Source of the DNA: Octopus sinensis
Lineage: Eukaryota
Direction: 5' to 3'
NCBI RefSeq assembly: GCF_006345805.1
Contig: NC_043005.1
Coordinates: forward strand, 88,040,001 to 88,104,000
DNA: 64,000 nt
Position 1 is the stretch's first letter. Each line of letters opens with the position of its first letter. Shown piece by piece: positions 1-11,676 of this stretch. The position numbers were made by a program, and so were the translations under genes. The notes beneath the pieces are model-generated. The model ran no database searches, was not told the DNA's origin, and saw only the letters and a program-made list of their open reading frames with translations.

Positions 1-165
1 AGCCTTATTGGACCTAAAACTCTGCACATGCATTGCTGACCTCTGCTCAATATATGCTGCTTTTTTCCCCTCTATATATATACTTATTTTATTTTCAGTA
101 TATATGTATCTTTATTTTTAGTATATATTTATTCATTTTTAGCATATATTTATTTTATTTTTAAC

Positions 166-291
166 TTGAACATTTCATGTTGGAATGTGCGCACACTGTT
201 GGATAACAAGAGTGATTGTAGGCCCGAAACAAGCACTGCTCGCGTGCTGAACGGCTATATAGTTGCACTTTCAGGGAAAGCGCACTGCTAG
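166..291 (+). pseudogene. RTE-clade LINE APE endonuclease N-terminal remnant
   Basis: Hand translation LNISCWNVRTLLDNKSDCRPETSTARVLNGYIVALSG matches the WNVRTLLD..RPE....IVALS start of RTE/BovB-type APE domains; stop at 289-291. Confidence 0.65.
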
Positions 292-1175
292 TGTAGTGAA
301 TGGGGAATGCTTGGTTTGCAATGTTTGCAGTCGTGTATGCTTGTCAAGGGCAGGGCTCATTAGCCACCAACAGAGCCGCAAATGCAGAATATAAGCCAGG
401 CCTACAGCGCACAATGTTCCTGAAGGACAGCAATGGTCTTCCTTGGTCACGAGTGGACGGCCATCATATATGCATGCATGTATTCATGTATGTATGTATA
501 TACGTATGTACATCCACGCACACACAAACACACACACACACATACACTCGTTGAATTCCGTTGAAGAAGGACACAGGAGTGCTCAATGTCTTTTGTAGAG
601 CATATACTTAATTGAAACTGAAATTTCACACCCCTGAGATCTTCAGGCGAGAAAAACAGGTTTTCAAATTTTTTTAAATTCATAGGAAAATCAACATATA
701 CCTGTAAAGGTACGTTGAAATGGTTAGTTTTTCAATCACATATCTATATTGAGACAAGTTTTTCCAGGTCTATATTATTCGCACGATATAGAAAATTATT
801 GTCTTCAAAATTATTGCATTCACCTTTGTCACGCACGCCACACGAGGTGAATGAGAATTGTGACCAGAAACATTGTTGTGCGGAAAACTATTTCGTATAT
901 TTCTGAAATTCCAAGGTCAATGTAAATAAACACCATGAGGCCTTTTATGCTGGTTTGGAGAAATTTCAGCGGGATTAGCAGTTGAATAGTTTAAGGTGAA
1001 AAAGATTTTTTTCTGAAACGTCATGTATGTCACACTTTTTGATTCTCTTGAAAAATAATTACGTAAAAAAGTTGTTTCATTTAATACTTGCTTGGATACT
1101 CAAACGTTACAGTGAAAACGGAATCGATGAGTCAAGATTTACAGTTTCGATGTTTCATTATTGTGGCTCTGAAAA

Positions 1176-1370
1176 GGCGGCGAACTGGCAGAAATGTTAA
1201 CACGCCGGGCGAAATACTTAGCGGTATTTAGTCTACCGTTACGTTCTGAGTTCAAATTCCATCGAGGTCGACTTTGCCTTTCATCCTTTCGGGGTCGATT
1301 AAATAAGTACCAGTTACGCACTGGGCTCGATCTAATAAACTAGCCTTGTGCCTAAAGTAGAAAAGAATAA
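1176..1370 (+). mobile_element. tRNA-derived SINE, family A (octopus-type)
   Basis: GGCGGCGAACTGGCAGAA head, B-box-like GAGTTCAAATTCC, core GTCGACTTTGCCTTTCATCCTTTCGGGGTCG; recurs more than 10 times in the window. Confidence 0.85.
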
Positions 1371-1856
1371 TTATTGTGCCCCTGGTCGTCACGTGCGACA
1401 TGAGAGAATGACCCTTATTACAATACACTTTTATTTTCTCTTTTTCTTTCCTAAGAACTGTAGATTGACAGAATCTTTAGACATCAGAACAAAATGTATT
1501 ACATTAGTTCTTTTGGCTCTTTATTTTTTTCTGAGTTCAAATCCTACTGAAGTGAACTTTATTCTTTTTTTCATTCCAGGGTCAATGGAACAGAGAACCA
1601 AGCAAGCGCTGAAGCCGATGCGATCGATTATCCCTTATTGTGACTCTCTTCAAGCCATCACAACTTTCTGGCCTTCTGCCTGTGTCACAAAACAATTATG
1701 TTTAACTCCAGATTGCGAAATACCAATTACGGGAAGGAAGGAAACAAAGGATGCCGGGAAAAATATTTCAATTTTTGAAATAATGAAATACTCGAAAACA
1801 AAACATGAGAATTCTAGTTTGAAAAAATGCCACGACGGATATGATTAAAAAATGAC

Positions 1857-1995
<139 letters not shown>

Positions 1996-2064
1996 ATGAG
2001 GAGGATAGGAAGATTTCTTTTATTTGCCACTGGGGTTTCGGAGAGGGGGACATGATAGCAATAA

Positions 2065-2072
2065 TACTAAAA

Positions 2073-2129
<57 letters not shown>

Positions 2130-2187
2130 CATCATCATCATTAATATTATTATTATCATCATCATCATCATCATTATTATCATTATC

Positions 2188-2243
<56 letters not shown>

Positions 2244-2319
2244 TATTATCATCATCATCATCATCATCATCATCATAATCATCATTATTATTATCATCAT
2301 CATCATCATCATCATTATT

Positions 2320-2369
<50 letters not shown>

Positions 2370-2381
2370 ATTATCATTATC

Positions 2382-2446
<65 letters not shown>

Positions 2447-2459
2447 TATTATCATTATC

Positions 2460-2527
<68 letters not shown>

Positions 2528-2570
2528 TATTATTATTATCATCATTATTATTATCATTATTATTATTATT

Positions 2571-2614
<44 letters not shown>

Positions 2615-2627
2615 TATTATCATTATC

Positions 2628-2698
<71 letters not shown>

Positions 2699-2760
2699 TA
2701 TTATTATTATCATCATTATTATTATTATTATTATCATTATTATTATTATTATTATTATTA

Positions 2761-2794
<34 letters not shown>

Positions 2795-2795
2795 G
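2065..2795. repeat. compound (ATT/ATC)n microsatellite
   Basis: Direct reading; the poly-I/M/H ORFs here are artefacts. Confidence 0.95.
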
Positions 2796-3199
2796 TTGTC
2801 ATTAATTTAATGGGAATTTTGTTAATTTGTAATTTGTGTGCGTAAGTATGTCTGCGCGTGTATATATTTGTGCGTGAATATATTTGTGGAACGGCGTAGG
2901 CGCTGGACTGTGTTTATATATGTGTATGTGAATATGTATGCGAGTGTGTATGTGGACATAGAATTGTCTATATACATGTGTGTGTATGTGTATGTACGAT
3001 ACACTGTCTGCGTATGTGTGTGTTTGTGGTGTGCGCGCGACTGAGTGTCTAGTGGTCTCTACTGTATGTATATGTGTATTTATTCCTTCATGTATATACG
3101 GGTGTGTGCATTTAATTTAGCAGATGTCCCCCGTCCTTCCCTGATGTGATTTTAACTTAACTGGACAGCAGGGGTTAGAGGAGTTATGTTGTAGTTATG

Positions 3200-4100
3200 T
3201 TACGAGTGTGGTGGGTGAGGCGGTGAGATGAGTGCAGTGGGCGATAAACTATTGATGCATGCTGCAGTATGGATCATGGTGGTGTTAGCACTAGCGTTGG
3301 TATTGTTGTCTATAATGGCGGCGTCAGTATTGGTCGGGATAGAAGTGGTTGCGGTATTGGGGATAATGTTTGTGTTTTGTTGTTGGTTGGCAGAGGTGGT
3401 GATGGTGGTGGGGATTTGGTGGTGACGGGGATGGTAGTGTTTGCGATATTAAGGAGACGGTAATGCTATTGTTGTAGTTGCAGAGGTTGGTGGTGCTGGT
3501 GGCGGTAATAGTGGCAGTGGTTGTGGGGAAGGCGGGCGTGGCATTGCTAGAGTTTTTGTCACTGAAGTTGGTGGTTGTCGTGGTGGCAGTGGTGGAGGTG
3601 GATGCGGTGGCGTTGGTGGTGTTGGTGGCGGCGGCGGCGGTGATGGTTGTGATCGTGACCATGGTCGTGGCTGGGGTTTGTTGTTGTTGTTGGTGGTGTT
3701 GGTAGTGATAACCGTGGTGGTGGTGGTCGTCGTCGTTGTGTTGGTGGTGGTGACGGCAGCGGCGGCAGTGGTGATCGTGGTTGGGGTTGTGGTTGTGGTG
3801 GTGGTGGTGGTGGTGGTGGTGGTAGCGGCGGTGGTGATCGTGGTGATCGTGGTCATGGTCGTAGTTGTGGTGGTGGTCGCCGTCGTCGTTTTAGCAACGA
3901 AGTTGGTGTGGATCGATGTGGCAGTATTGATTGCGAATCAATGCCGTTGTTTGTTGTGATGATGGTGATGTTGTTGGCAGTGTTTACTGTCAAATAATAA
4001 TGAGCGAAGGTGGAGTATCCGTGTGCTCTGATGATTTTAGTGGGTGTAGTGTTTATGTGGGTGTTGCCAGTGGTAGTAGTTGTCCTCGTGGTTGTAGTAT
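3200..4100. repeat. GGT/GTT-rich low-complexity tract
   Basis: Degenerate trinucleotide repeats giving poly-V/T ORFs. Confidence 0.8.
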
Positions 4101-4308
4101 AGCATATACCCTGATGCTTGAGGTGGTAAATTTTTAAAGAAAACATCAATATTCTGAAATTTTCTATTAATTTATTTATTCACCATCATGTAGATGTGTA
4201 TGTGTGTGTATGTCTGTGTGTGTGCGCGCGCGTGTGATTTCTTCTAAATTGATTGCATTCGCTGCAATTAAGGAACTCAATCTAACCTTATAAAAATCAA
4301 TTTAACGG

Positions 4309-4562
4309 GACCCTGACGGGTACTACCTTTCCGGGTCAGAACGGACCTGAGAATAATGGGGATTAAAGAATAACTGAGTGCCCCCAACAACTCCAGGACT
4401 TCCATACCGGGGCATCACCGCCGGATGCAGTTGAATATCTTACCCAAGACATCAAGTGGTGATGCATGGAAGTCTTGGAGTTTTTGGGGAGCGTGGAGTC
4501 ACCCTTAATCACCATTATTCTCAGGTCCGTTCTGAACAGGAAACGTAGGATCTGTTAGGGTC
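4309..4562. mobile_element. fold-back element (two inverted ~97-110 bp copies of a short interspersed repeat)
   Basis: GACCCTGACGGGTACTACC...CTTCCAT (4309-4405) is the approximate reverse complement of ATGGAAG...GTTAGGGTC (4466-4562); GCATCACC/GGTGATGC extends the pairing. Confidence 0.75.
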
Positions 4563-4714
4563 CTATTTAAGGGTTAAACCGATTTTTCTAAGGCTAGGTT
4601 GAGCTCCTTAATTGCAGTGAAAACAATCTAGAAGAACTCCAAAATGAACACCCTCTTCCAGCATGGAAGAGTACGGCAGATGAAACTAATATGAGAACAT
4701 GTGTTCATACTATG

Positions 4715-4885
4715 GCACCCACAATAACAGGAACAGTTCTCGATTTAAGATGTCACATCTTTTGTATTTCAATTTCCAGGTCCTTATATTCACTTAATTT
4801 GTCAAATTCCTTTACAGATATATCTTTATCAAGTGGGAACTGACTACAAGAATTTTTCCCTATCTTTAATGACTATATAATTGTT
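4715..4885 (-). pseudogene. R4/Dong-type LINE RLE endonuclease C-terminal remnant
   Basis: Minus strand reads IVIKDREK.. then VPLDKDISVKEFDKLSEYKDLEIEIQKM*HLKSRTVPVIVGAI. Confidence 0.7.
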
Positions 4886-4974
4886 ATTATTATTTAATGA
4901 CTATATCATTATTATCATTATTATTGTGCCTATTGTAGAAAATATTATTACTATCATTTTATGTTTGACTTTTG

Positions 4975-5130
4975 CTTTACATTTGTATAAGTGGGCTCCA
5001 AGTCTCACCCAGAGACCTCAAGAGACAACAAGCTGGAAGTTCATGTTGGTGTTATGCCTAGGGTGCCATATATTTGGTTTTGTGCAGTGTTGTTCTAGAG
5101 AATGTTTAAGAAACCATAAGAAAATTATGT
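4975..5130 (-). mobile_element. 3' UTR of an R4/Dong-type LINE family
   Basis: Same sequence (ATATGGCACCCTAG...GTTGTCTCTTGAGGTCTCTGG.TGAGACTTGGAG) follows the RLE C-terminus at 29890-30010; flanked by (ATT)n. Confidence 0.6.
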
Positions 5131-5162
5131 TTGTTTTAATTATTATTATTATATTATTATTA

Positions 5163-5218
<56 letters not shown>

Positions 5219-5334
5219 GTCTCTGTATTGTCCCCTTGATCCTTCGCCCTCACCCTCGTGGCAATAAATTAAATTATTATTATTGCTGTTGTTGTTGTTG
5301 TTGTTATTATTATTATTATCATCATCATCATAGA

Positions 5335-5750
5335 GGTTTGCTTCCCAACCAGGTTCCAAGTTCAAACCTATTGAGTGGCACCTTGAGCAAGTGTCTTCTA
5401 CTGTGTAGCCTCTGGCCGACCACAGCCTTGTGACTGAATTTAGTCGACGGAGACTGAAAGAAGCCTGTCGTATGCATATGTGTATGTGTGTTTGTGCGTG
5501 TGTGTGTGTGTGTGTGTGCACTTCTTTGTATCTGTATTTGTCATCCATCATCGCTTGACAACCGGTGTTCGTGTGTTTACGTCCCTGTAACTTAACGGTT
5601 CGGCAAAAGACCCCGATAGAATAAGTACCATGTTTAAGAAAACAAAACCTAAATAGTGGGGTCGATCCGCTCAACTAAAATTCTTCAATGCAGCGCCCCA
5701 GCATGGCCGCCGTCTAATGACTGAAACAAGTAAACGATAAACGATGAAAA
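5335..5750 (+). mobile_element. tRNA-derived SINE, family B
   Basis: GCTTCCCAACC..GGTTC..GGCACCTTGAGCAAGTGTCTTCTA head, internal (TG)n, tail CAGCATGGCCGC..ATGACTGAAACAAGTAAA. Confidence 0.85.
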
Positions 5751-5780
5751 CGTGTTGTTGTTGTTGTTGTTGCTGTTGTT

Positions 5781-5980
5781 ATTCTTTTATTTGTTTCAGT
5801 CATTTGACTGCGGGCATGCTGGAGCACTGCGTTCAGTCGACTTATTCTTTGTAAGCCTAGTACTTATTCTATCGGTCTTTTTGCCGAACCGCTAAGTTAC
5901 GGGAACGTAAACACACCAACATCGGTTGTCAAGCGATGTTGTGGGGACAAACACAGACACACAAACATATATATACACAC

Positions 5981-6031
<51 letters not shown>

Positions 6032-6203
6032 ATATAATATATATATATATATATACACGACGCGCTTCTTTCAGTTTCCGTCTACCAAATCCACTCACAA
6101 GGCTATAGTAGAAGAGGCTTGCCCAAGGTGCTACACAGTGGGACTGAACCCGTAACCATGTGCTTGGTAAGCAAGCTACTTACTCCACTGCCACTCCTGC
6201 ACC
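5781..6203 (-). mobile_element. SINE family B, tail-to-tail with previous copy
   Basis: Reverse complement of the same family, with internal (TA)n. Confidence 0.85.
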
Positions 6204-6379
6204 TGTTGTTGTTGTTGTTGTTATCGTTGTTGTTTTTGTTGTTGTTATTTGTTTGTTTAACATTCCATTGGGACCGACAAGCTGTTAGCTTCATTTCAGA
6301 CCTGTGGTCTGCCATATTTTTATATTTTGCTGGTTCCACTATTACTATCCAATGTTATAATTGTAATTAATTAATTAGC

Positions 6380-7130
<751 letters not shown>

Positions 7131-7414
7131 TCAGGACTCACGCCATTAGCCACAAAGAATAATCTCTAATTCGAGCCTACTCTAAGCTACTAAGAATGCG
7201 TGTGGCAACTTGAAGATCCACCCACCACATGCGATTGACTGGCGGTTGCACGGGCGTGAAAGCTACATTGTTATCATCATTCCGTAAACGGTGGCTTTTA
7301 ACGAGTGGAGAACTTAACCATCCTGGGGTACAGAGGATTCGCAATCTAGACTAGGGTCTGAAAGTTTTACCAGACCATAGTGGGTTACACCATGGTTCTT
7401 CTGCTTTGTGGCTG

Positions 7415-7606
7415 AAGTAGGAAGAAAGAGTGAGAGAAAAATGTGGTGAAAGTGTACCGCGGGGTTCACCACCACCCTGCGCTGGCGCCTCGTGGATTTA
7501 AGGTGTTTTTGCTCAATAAACACTCATAATGCCCGGTCTGGGAATCGAAACCGCGTTCTTACGACCGCGAGTCCGCTACCCTAACCACTGGACCATTGCG
7601 CCTCTC
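7415..7606 (-). mobile_element. tRNA-derived SINE, family C (head + core)
   Basis: Minus strand GGCGCAATGGTCCAGTGGTTAGGGTAGCGGACTCGCGG..GGTTTCGATTCCC has A and B boxes and TCG at the anticodon position (Arg-like). Other copies at 13800, 24262, 52880. Confidence 0.85.
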
Positions 7607-7852
7607 ATTGCTGCTGTTGTTGTTCGTGTTCTTCTTGTCGCCGTCGTCGTCGTTGTCGCCATCCTTATGTAAGGCAAAGTTTGAGTGATAAAGCGCAATT
7701 CCTTTAACTTTTGATTTCAATTTCGTCCGGAATCGATGACATAGAGAGAACCAATCAAATACTCAGATCGACAGTATCGAGTAATTGCCCTTCCCCTCAA
7801 AACTGCTGGTCTTGTGCTTAAAACAAAACCGGTTATTTTACTGTATATGTAT

Positions 7853-7925
7853 GGTTCCATGGTGTAGTGGTTATTAGATCTGTTTAACACGCAGAAGCTC
7901 ATGAGTTCGTAACTTGCTGGAACCG
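7853..7925 (+). tRNA. tRNA-Val (anticodon AAC), probably a pseudogene
   Basis: Acceptor GGTTCCA/TGGAACC is a perfect 7 bp; anticodon stem TCTGT/GCAGA with loop TTAACAC (AAC 7886-7888); TTCG loop; TTTT shortly downstream. D and T stems carry mismatches. Confidence 0.7.
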
Positions 7926-7937
7926 GAGTTTCTTTTA

Positions 7938-8100
7938 GGCGCAGACGTAGCTGTGTGGTAAGACGCTTGTTTTCCAATCACATGATTCTTGGTTCAGTCC
8001 CACTGCATGGCACTTGAAGCAAGCGTCTTCTATTGAAGCCTCAAGCCACCAAAGCCTTGTGAGTAGATTGGTAGACGGAACTGAAAGAAGCCCGTCATAT
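7938..8100 (+). mobile_element. SINE family B, 5' half, ending in (TA)n
   Basis: Family B head followed by GGAACTGAAAGAAGCCCGTC. Confidence 0.8.
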
Positions 8101-8117
8101 ACATATATATATATATA

Positions 8118-8180
<63 letters not shown>

Positions 8181-8199
8181 ATATATAGATATATACAAT

Positions 8200-9600
8200 A
8201 TGTTTACATTACTCGGTAGTCAAGATAAAACTCTGAGTTTCAGATGCCGAAGTGGAAATCCACAACACCATCTCTTCGGTTATCTGGCTATTTGAAAACG
8301 TTATGAAAAAATACCGTTAAAAATGAAGGGAAATTACTCTGTTATAACTCTGCTTTGCCTGCGTACTTATACATCGCTCGCATTTTTCGTCATAAAAATT
8401 ATTAAAAATACATAAAAATATATAAAAATATATAAAAATATATAAATCTTCTTGGACATAACACAGAAAGCATATTCTATCCGTTTTCTTTAGGGGACCA
8501 AAAACGTAACAGAAATTTAGTCACATGTGGGCATGATCCGAAAAGCTCTGTCCTTGTATTTAGACATGTGGTAGGGTCTAAGCTGCTTTCCAGATAAGCC
8601 ATCTCTCCATGTCGCATAAACCGCACCTTCCGCTGCCGTTAGTATAGGGCTTACATCTGGCCAAAATCTTCCATTGTATGTTATAATCGACACCTTTATC
8701 TCTTAAAGACCAAATATGATTGGATAATTGTGTCGCTTTTCTTTTGTTCCAGTGCCTAAAGCTCAAAGTGTGGTTATTGAACCTGGCCTTGAAATTACCC
8801 TCTGTCAGGCCACGTATTTCTTCTTCGTCGAAACGGTGTCTTTAGTTGTTATAGAGTTTACGGTAGCTTCATATATGATGGTCTTGGACATGCAAGCTCC
8901 ATTTAGCGGGCACAATTCTTTATTCCTGCCTGCATGAACAGCTGTTTTCTTCTTGTGTTTTTTGGTATGTTATGATTGATTATGTTTTTAAAATTGGTAG
9001 TTGAACTAAAACTAATTTTTAATTGTGTCTATTGAAGAGTTTCCTATAAGCATGGTTAACTGGAAAATGTCTATCTATCAGTGCTAGGAAATATTTACCT
9101 ATATTGAAGGCCACCTCGGTGAGTAAGGGGGCGTAAACCAGATGTCCTTCCTATTTCTATTATTCCTTTTCCTTATTGTTGGGCTGGTGATAGGTGTATT
9201 TTTATTTTTTTCGCTAAAACCACTATCTTTTAAAGCTTTATTATAAACTGGGGCAACGCTATTGAAGATGTCCTCATTAGATGAGAGGCTAGAAATCCTC
9301 TTACTAATATTTTTAACTAAATTTTTGAATACTATAGGGGGATGGCATGAACCTACATTAATATAACTTAGTCTATCATTGGGCTTCCTATAAGGCTTAT
9401 AAATATTATTATTAAGATCTAAGGAAACGTCTAAGAAATTGACAACCGTCAGGTTGTGTCTATAGTTATACTAAGTCCGAAGTGTTTCATTAACTGGATA
9501 ATATCCTTCCTAAAACGATCTTGTGCTGGTCCATTTGTATTAGCTGTTAAGGCGAGGGCATCATCTTTGTAGATGGCGAAATGTACGTTAGGGAATGTCT
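8200..9600 (-). mobile_element. 5'-truncated Penelope-like element: RT (YKDD) + thumb + GIY-YIG + 3' end
   Basis: Minus strand: FAIYKDDAL, WFTPPY, CPLNGACMSKTIIYEATV..KKYV..TEGNFKARFNNHTLSFRHWNKRKATQLSNHIWSLRD..CGLC; frameshifted; ends at (TA)n. Confidence 0.9.
8223..8285 (-). ncRNA. type I hammerhead-like motif at PLE 3' end (U4C variant)
   Basis: Stem I AGAUAA/UUAUCU (6 bp), core CCGAAGA, stem II GAUG/CAUC plus one extra U, GAAA, stem III ACUC-A-GAGU, triplet GUU. Confidence 0.65.
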
Positions 9601-9620
9601 TACCGAAGTATCTAGGAGAA

Positions 9621-10113
9621 AGACATCCCTAACGTACATTTCGCCATCTACAAAGATGATGCCCTCGCCTTAACAGCTAATACAAATGGACCAGCACAAG
9701 ATCGTTTTAGGAAGGATATTATCCAGTTAATGAAACACTTCGGACTTAGTATAACTATAGACACTAACCTGACGGTTGTCAATTTCTTAGACGTTTCCTT
9801 AGATCTTAATAATAATATTTATAAGCCTTATAGGAAGCCCAATGATAGACTAAGTTATATTAATGTAGGTTCATGCCATCCCCCTATAGTATTCAAAAAT
9901 TTAGTTAAAAATATTAGTAAGAGGATTTCTAGCCTCTCATCTAATGAGGACATCTTCAATAGCGTTGCCCCAGTTTATAATAAAGCTTTAAAAGATAGTG
10001 GTTTTAGCGAAAAAATAAAATATACACCTATCACCAGCCCAACAATAAGGAAAAGGAATAATAGAAATAGGAAGGACATCTGGTTTACGCCCCCTTACTC
10101 ACCCGAGGTGGCC
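9621..10113 (+). mobile_element. inverted duplicate of the PLE RT/thumb segment
   Basis: Near-perfect reverse complement of 9109-9600. Open frame 9616-10119 reads EKDIPNVHFAIYKDDAL..VNFLDVSLDL..YRKPND..HPP..IWFTPPY. Confidence 0.95.
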
Positions 10114-10560
10114 AGATAAGTGTAACGCCGCCAATGGGGGCATCGAAAAGCCGACTGTAAGAGCCCGTTTACCATCCGGCCTCTGGCAAACAAAATATGG
10201 AAGAGTTCGGAGACACAAAGGTTGCACTGTCTTCTGCCCCTATCAAATGGGAGGGCCACCGACAAAATTGACCATTCCAGCCTATAGCTTAAGTTCGCAT
10301 CCTTCAGTCGCCATATTAGCTTACTGAGTCCCGTGGTCTGGCGCTTGTTCACGTCCCGAAAAGTTGCCCCCATTGGCGGCGTTACACTTATCTGGCCTTT
10401 AAATAGCGTTTATAAATAATACCGGCACCCATAGCCCTTGGTACAAATTCTGAAATAGCCTTTAAGATATCTACGATTAACCACTGCAAGGGGAATTACT
10501 CCTGTAAGACAAACGGGGCTTGGTTTTCTCACAGCGGGGGGTTTCCTTGACAAGGCAGGC
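10110..10560 (-). pseudogene. GIY-YIG C-terminal remnant of a second PLE family
   Basis: ATFRDVNKRQTTGLSKLIWRLKD..YRLEWSILSVALPFDRGRRQCNLCVSELFHIL; homologous to but distinct from 8578-8766. Confidence 0.8.
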
Positions 10561-10996
10561 TTAGATGAACACACACACACATAAAACATAATATATATTA
10601 TATTTTTTATTTTTTTCTTTCTGCCACCCACGGTTATCACGGCAGTAGCCACTGACAGCCGAACGATCAAACGCACACACGTACACAAAAATGTTTTCTA
10701 CCCCTACGCCACACACACATATATAGAACAGTATACACACACACATGTCTCTAAGTAGATTTTTTCTCGCCCCTTATAAAACATCCAATATTCCTTAAAT
10801 AGTCAGAACTTTATTCTCGGTCACAAGAACATCTATACACCCTCACCACATGATTGACCGATGCCTGACCCGTTGAATTCTTCAGCCACCGGTTCTCAAC
10901 ATACACTGATAAACAGTTTCGCCATGGGCTCTTAGGAGCACAGTTCGATTTGTTTTTGCTCCGCCTCTGTTCTGTTTTTGTTTCCAACGGATTTCC

Positions 10997-11086
10997 TTTT
11001 TTCTTCCTGAAGAGAAAGACACAATATGGTCCCATTATTCATCGGATTTTGGTAATTTGTGCTTTCGAAACACGTGTAGAATGAAA
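10997..11086 (+). ncRNA. type I hammerhead ribozyme, intact core
   Basis: CUGAAGA 11007-11013; stem II GAAAG/CUUUC extended by CACAA/UUGUG; GAAA 11067-11070; palindromic stem III ACACGUGU; GUA, cleavage predicted after 11078; stem I 7 of 8 pairs. Confidence 0.8.
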
Positions 11087-11302
11087 TAAAACGATTTCTG
11101 TTCAATCTGCGTTCAGCTCCATTTCTTCAATTCACCAATAATGTTTTAATTTCAATTATCCGCACCAACGCACGGTTCCAACGCCAGATGGTTGTACCTC
11201 CAACCGTGCTGTTTACTGCTGTGATTTTGCTACTAAGGTATCGGTTAAACTTTTGATAATCTACTACAAGATTATTCATCTTTCTATTTCACATATATAT
11301 AT

Positions 11303-11338
<36 letters not shown>

Positions 11339-11344
11339 ACTACC

Positions 11345-11555
11345 ATGTAACCATATGTGAATCGTTGGCGATTTTTTCCCTCCGTCTTCCTTTTCCATTG
11401 GATTTTCCTCCGTCTCCTGTTTCTGACGAAGTGCTTTGCTCGAAACATACAACCACCTTTCTTTCCTTCACTGAGCGTCTTTTAATACTTTACATGTGCC
11501 ACGTGCTCGCGTTGTTGTCTTTTGGTTATTTTTTTTTTAACTTTTGGTGGGGAGT
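11345..11555 (+). mobile_element. solo PLE-type terminal repeat with degenerate HHR (11417-11455)
   Basis: GTTT-CTGACGA-A-GTGC-TTT-GCTC-GAAAC-ATAC; bounded by (TA)n on both sides; relative at 45950-46245. Confidence 0.65.
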
Positions 11556-11579
11556 TCTATATATATATATATATATATA

Positions 11580-11676
11580 TATGAAAGGAAAAAGTCAAGG
11601 TAGAGAATGCTAAAATAATTTTACCATAAAAAACATTTTAGTACCGGTTTCAGTCATTGAGACTTTTTCAACTATA
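11580..11676 (-). mobile_element. short PLE-type end with U3-A8 hammerhead variant (11637-11675)
   Basis: Minus strand UAG-UUGAAAA-AGUC-UCAAU-GACU-GAAA-CCGGUA-CUA. Confidence 0.65.

Noticed and set aside
990-1030. GTGAAAA...GAAACGTC hammerhead-like string
   Set aside because: Positions 3 and 8 do not pair (G/A) and there is no stem I.
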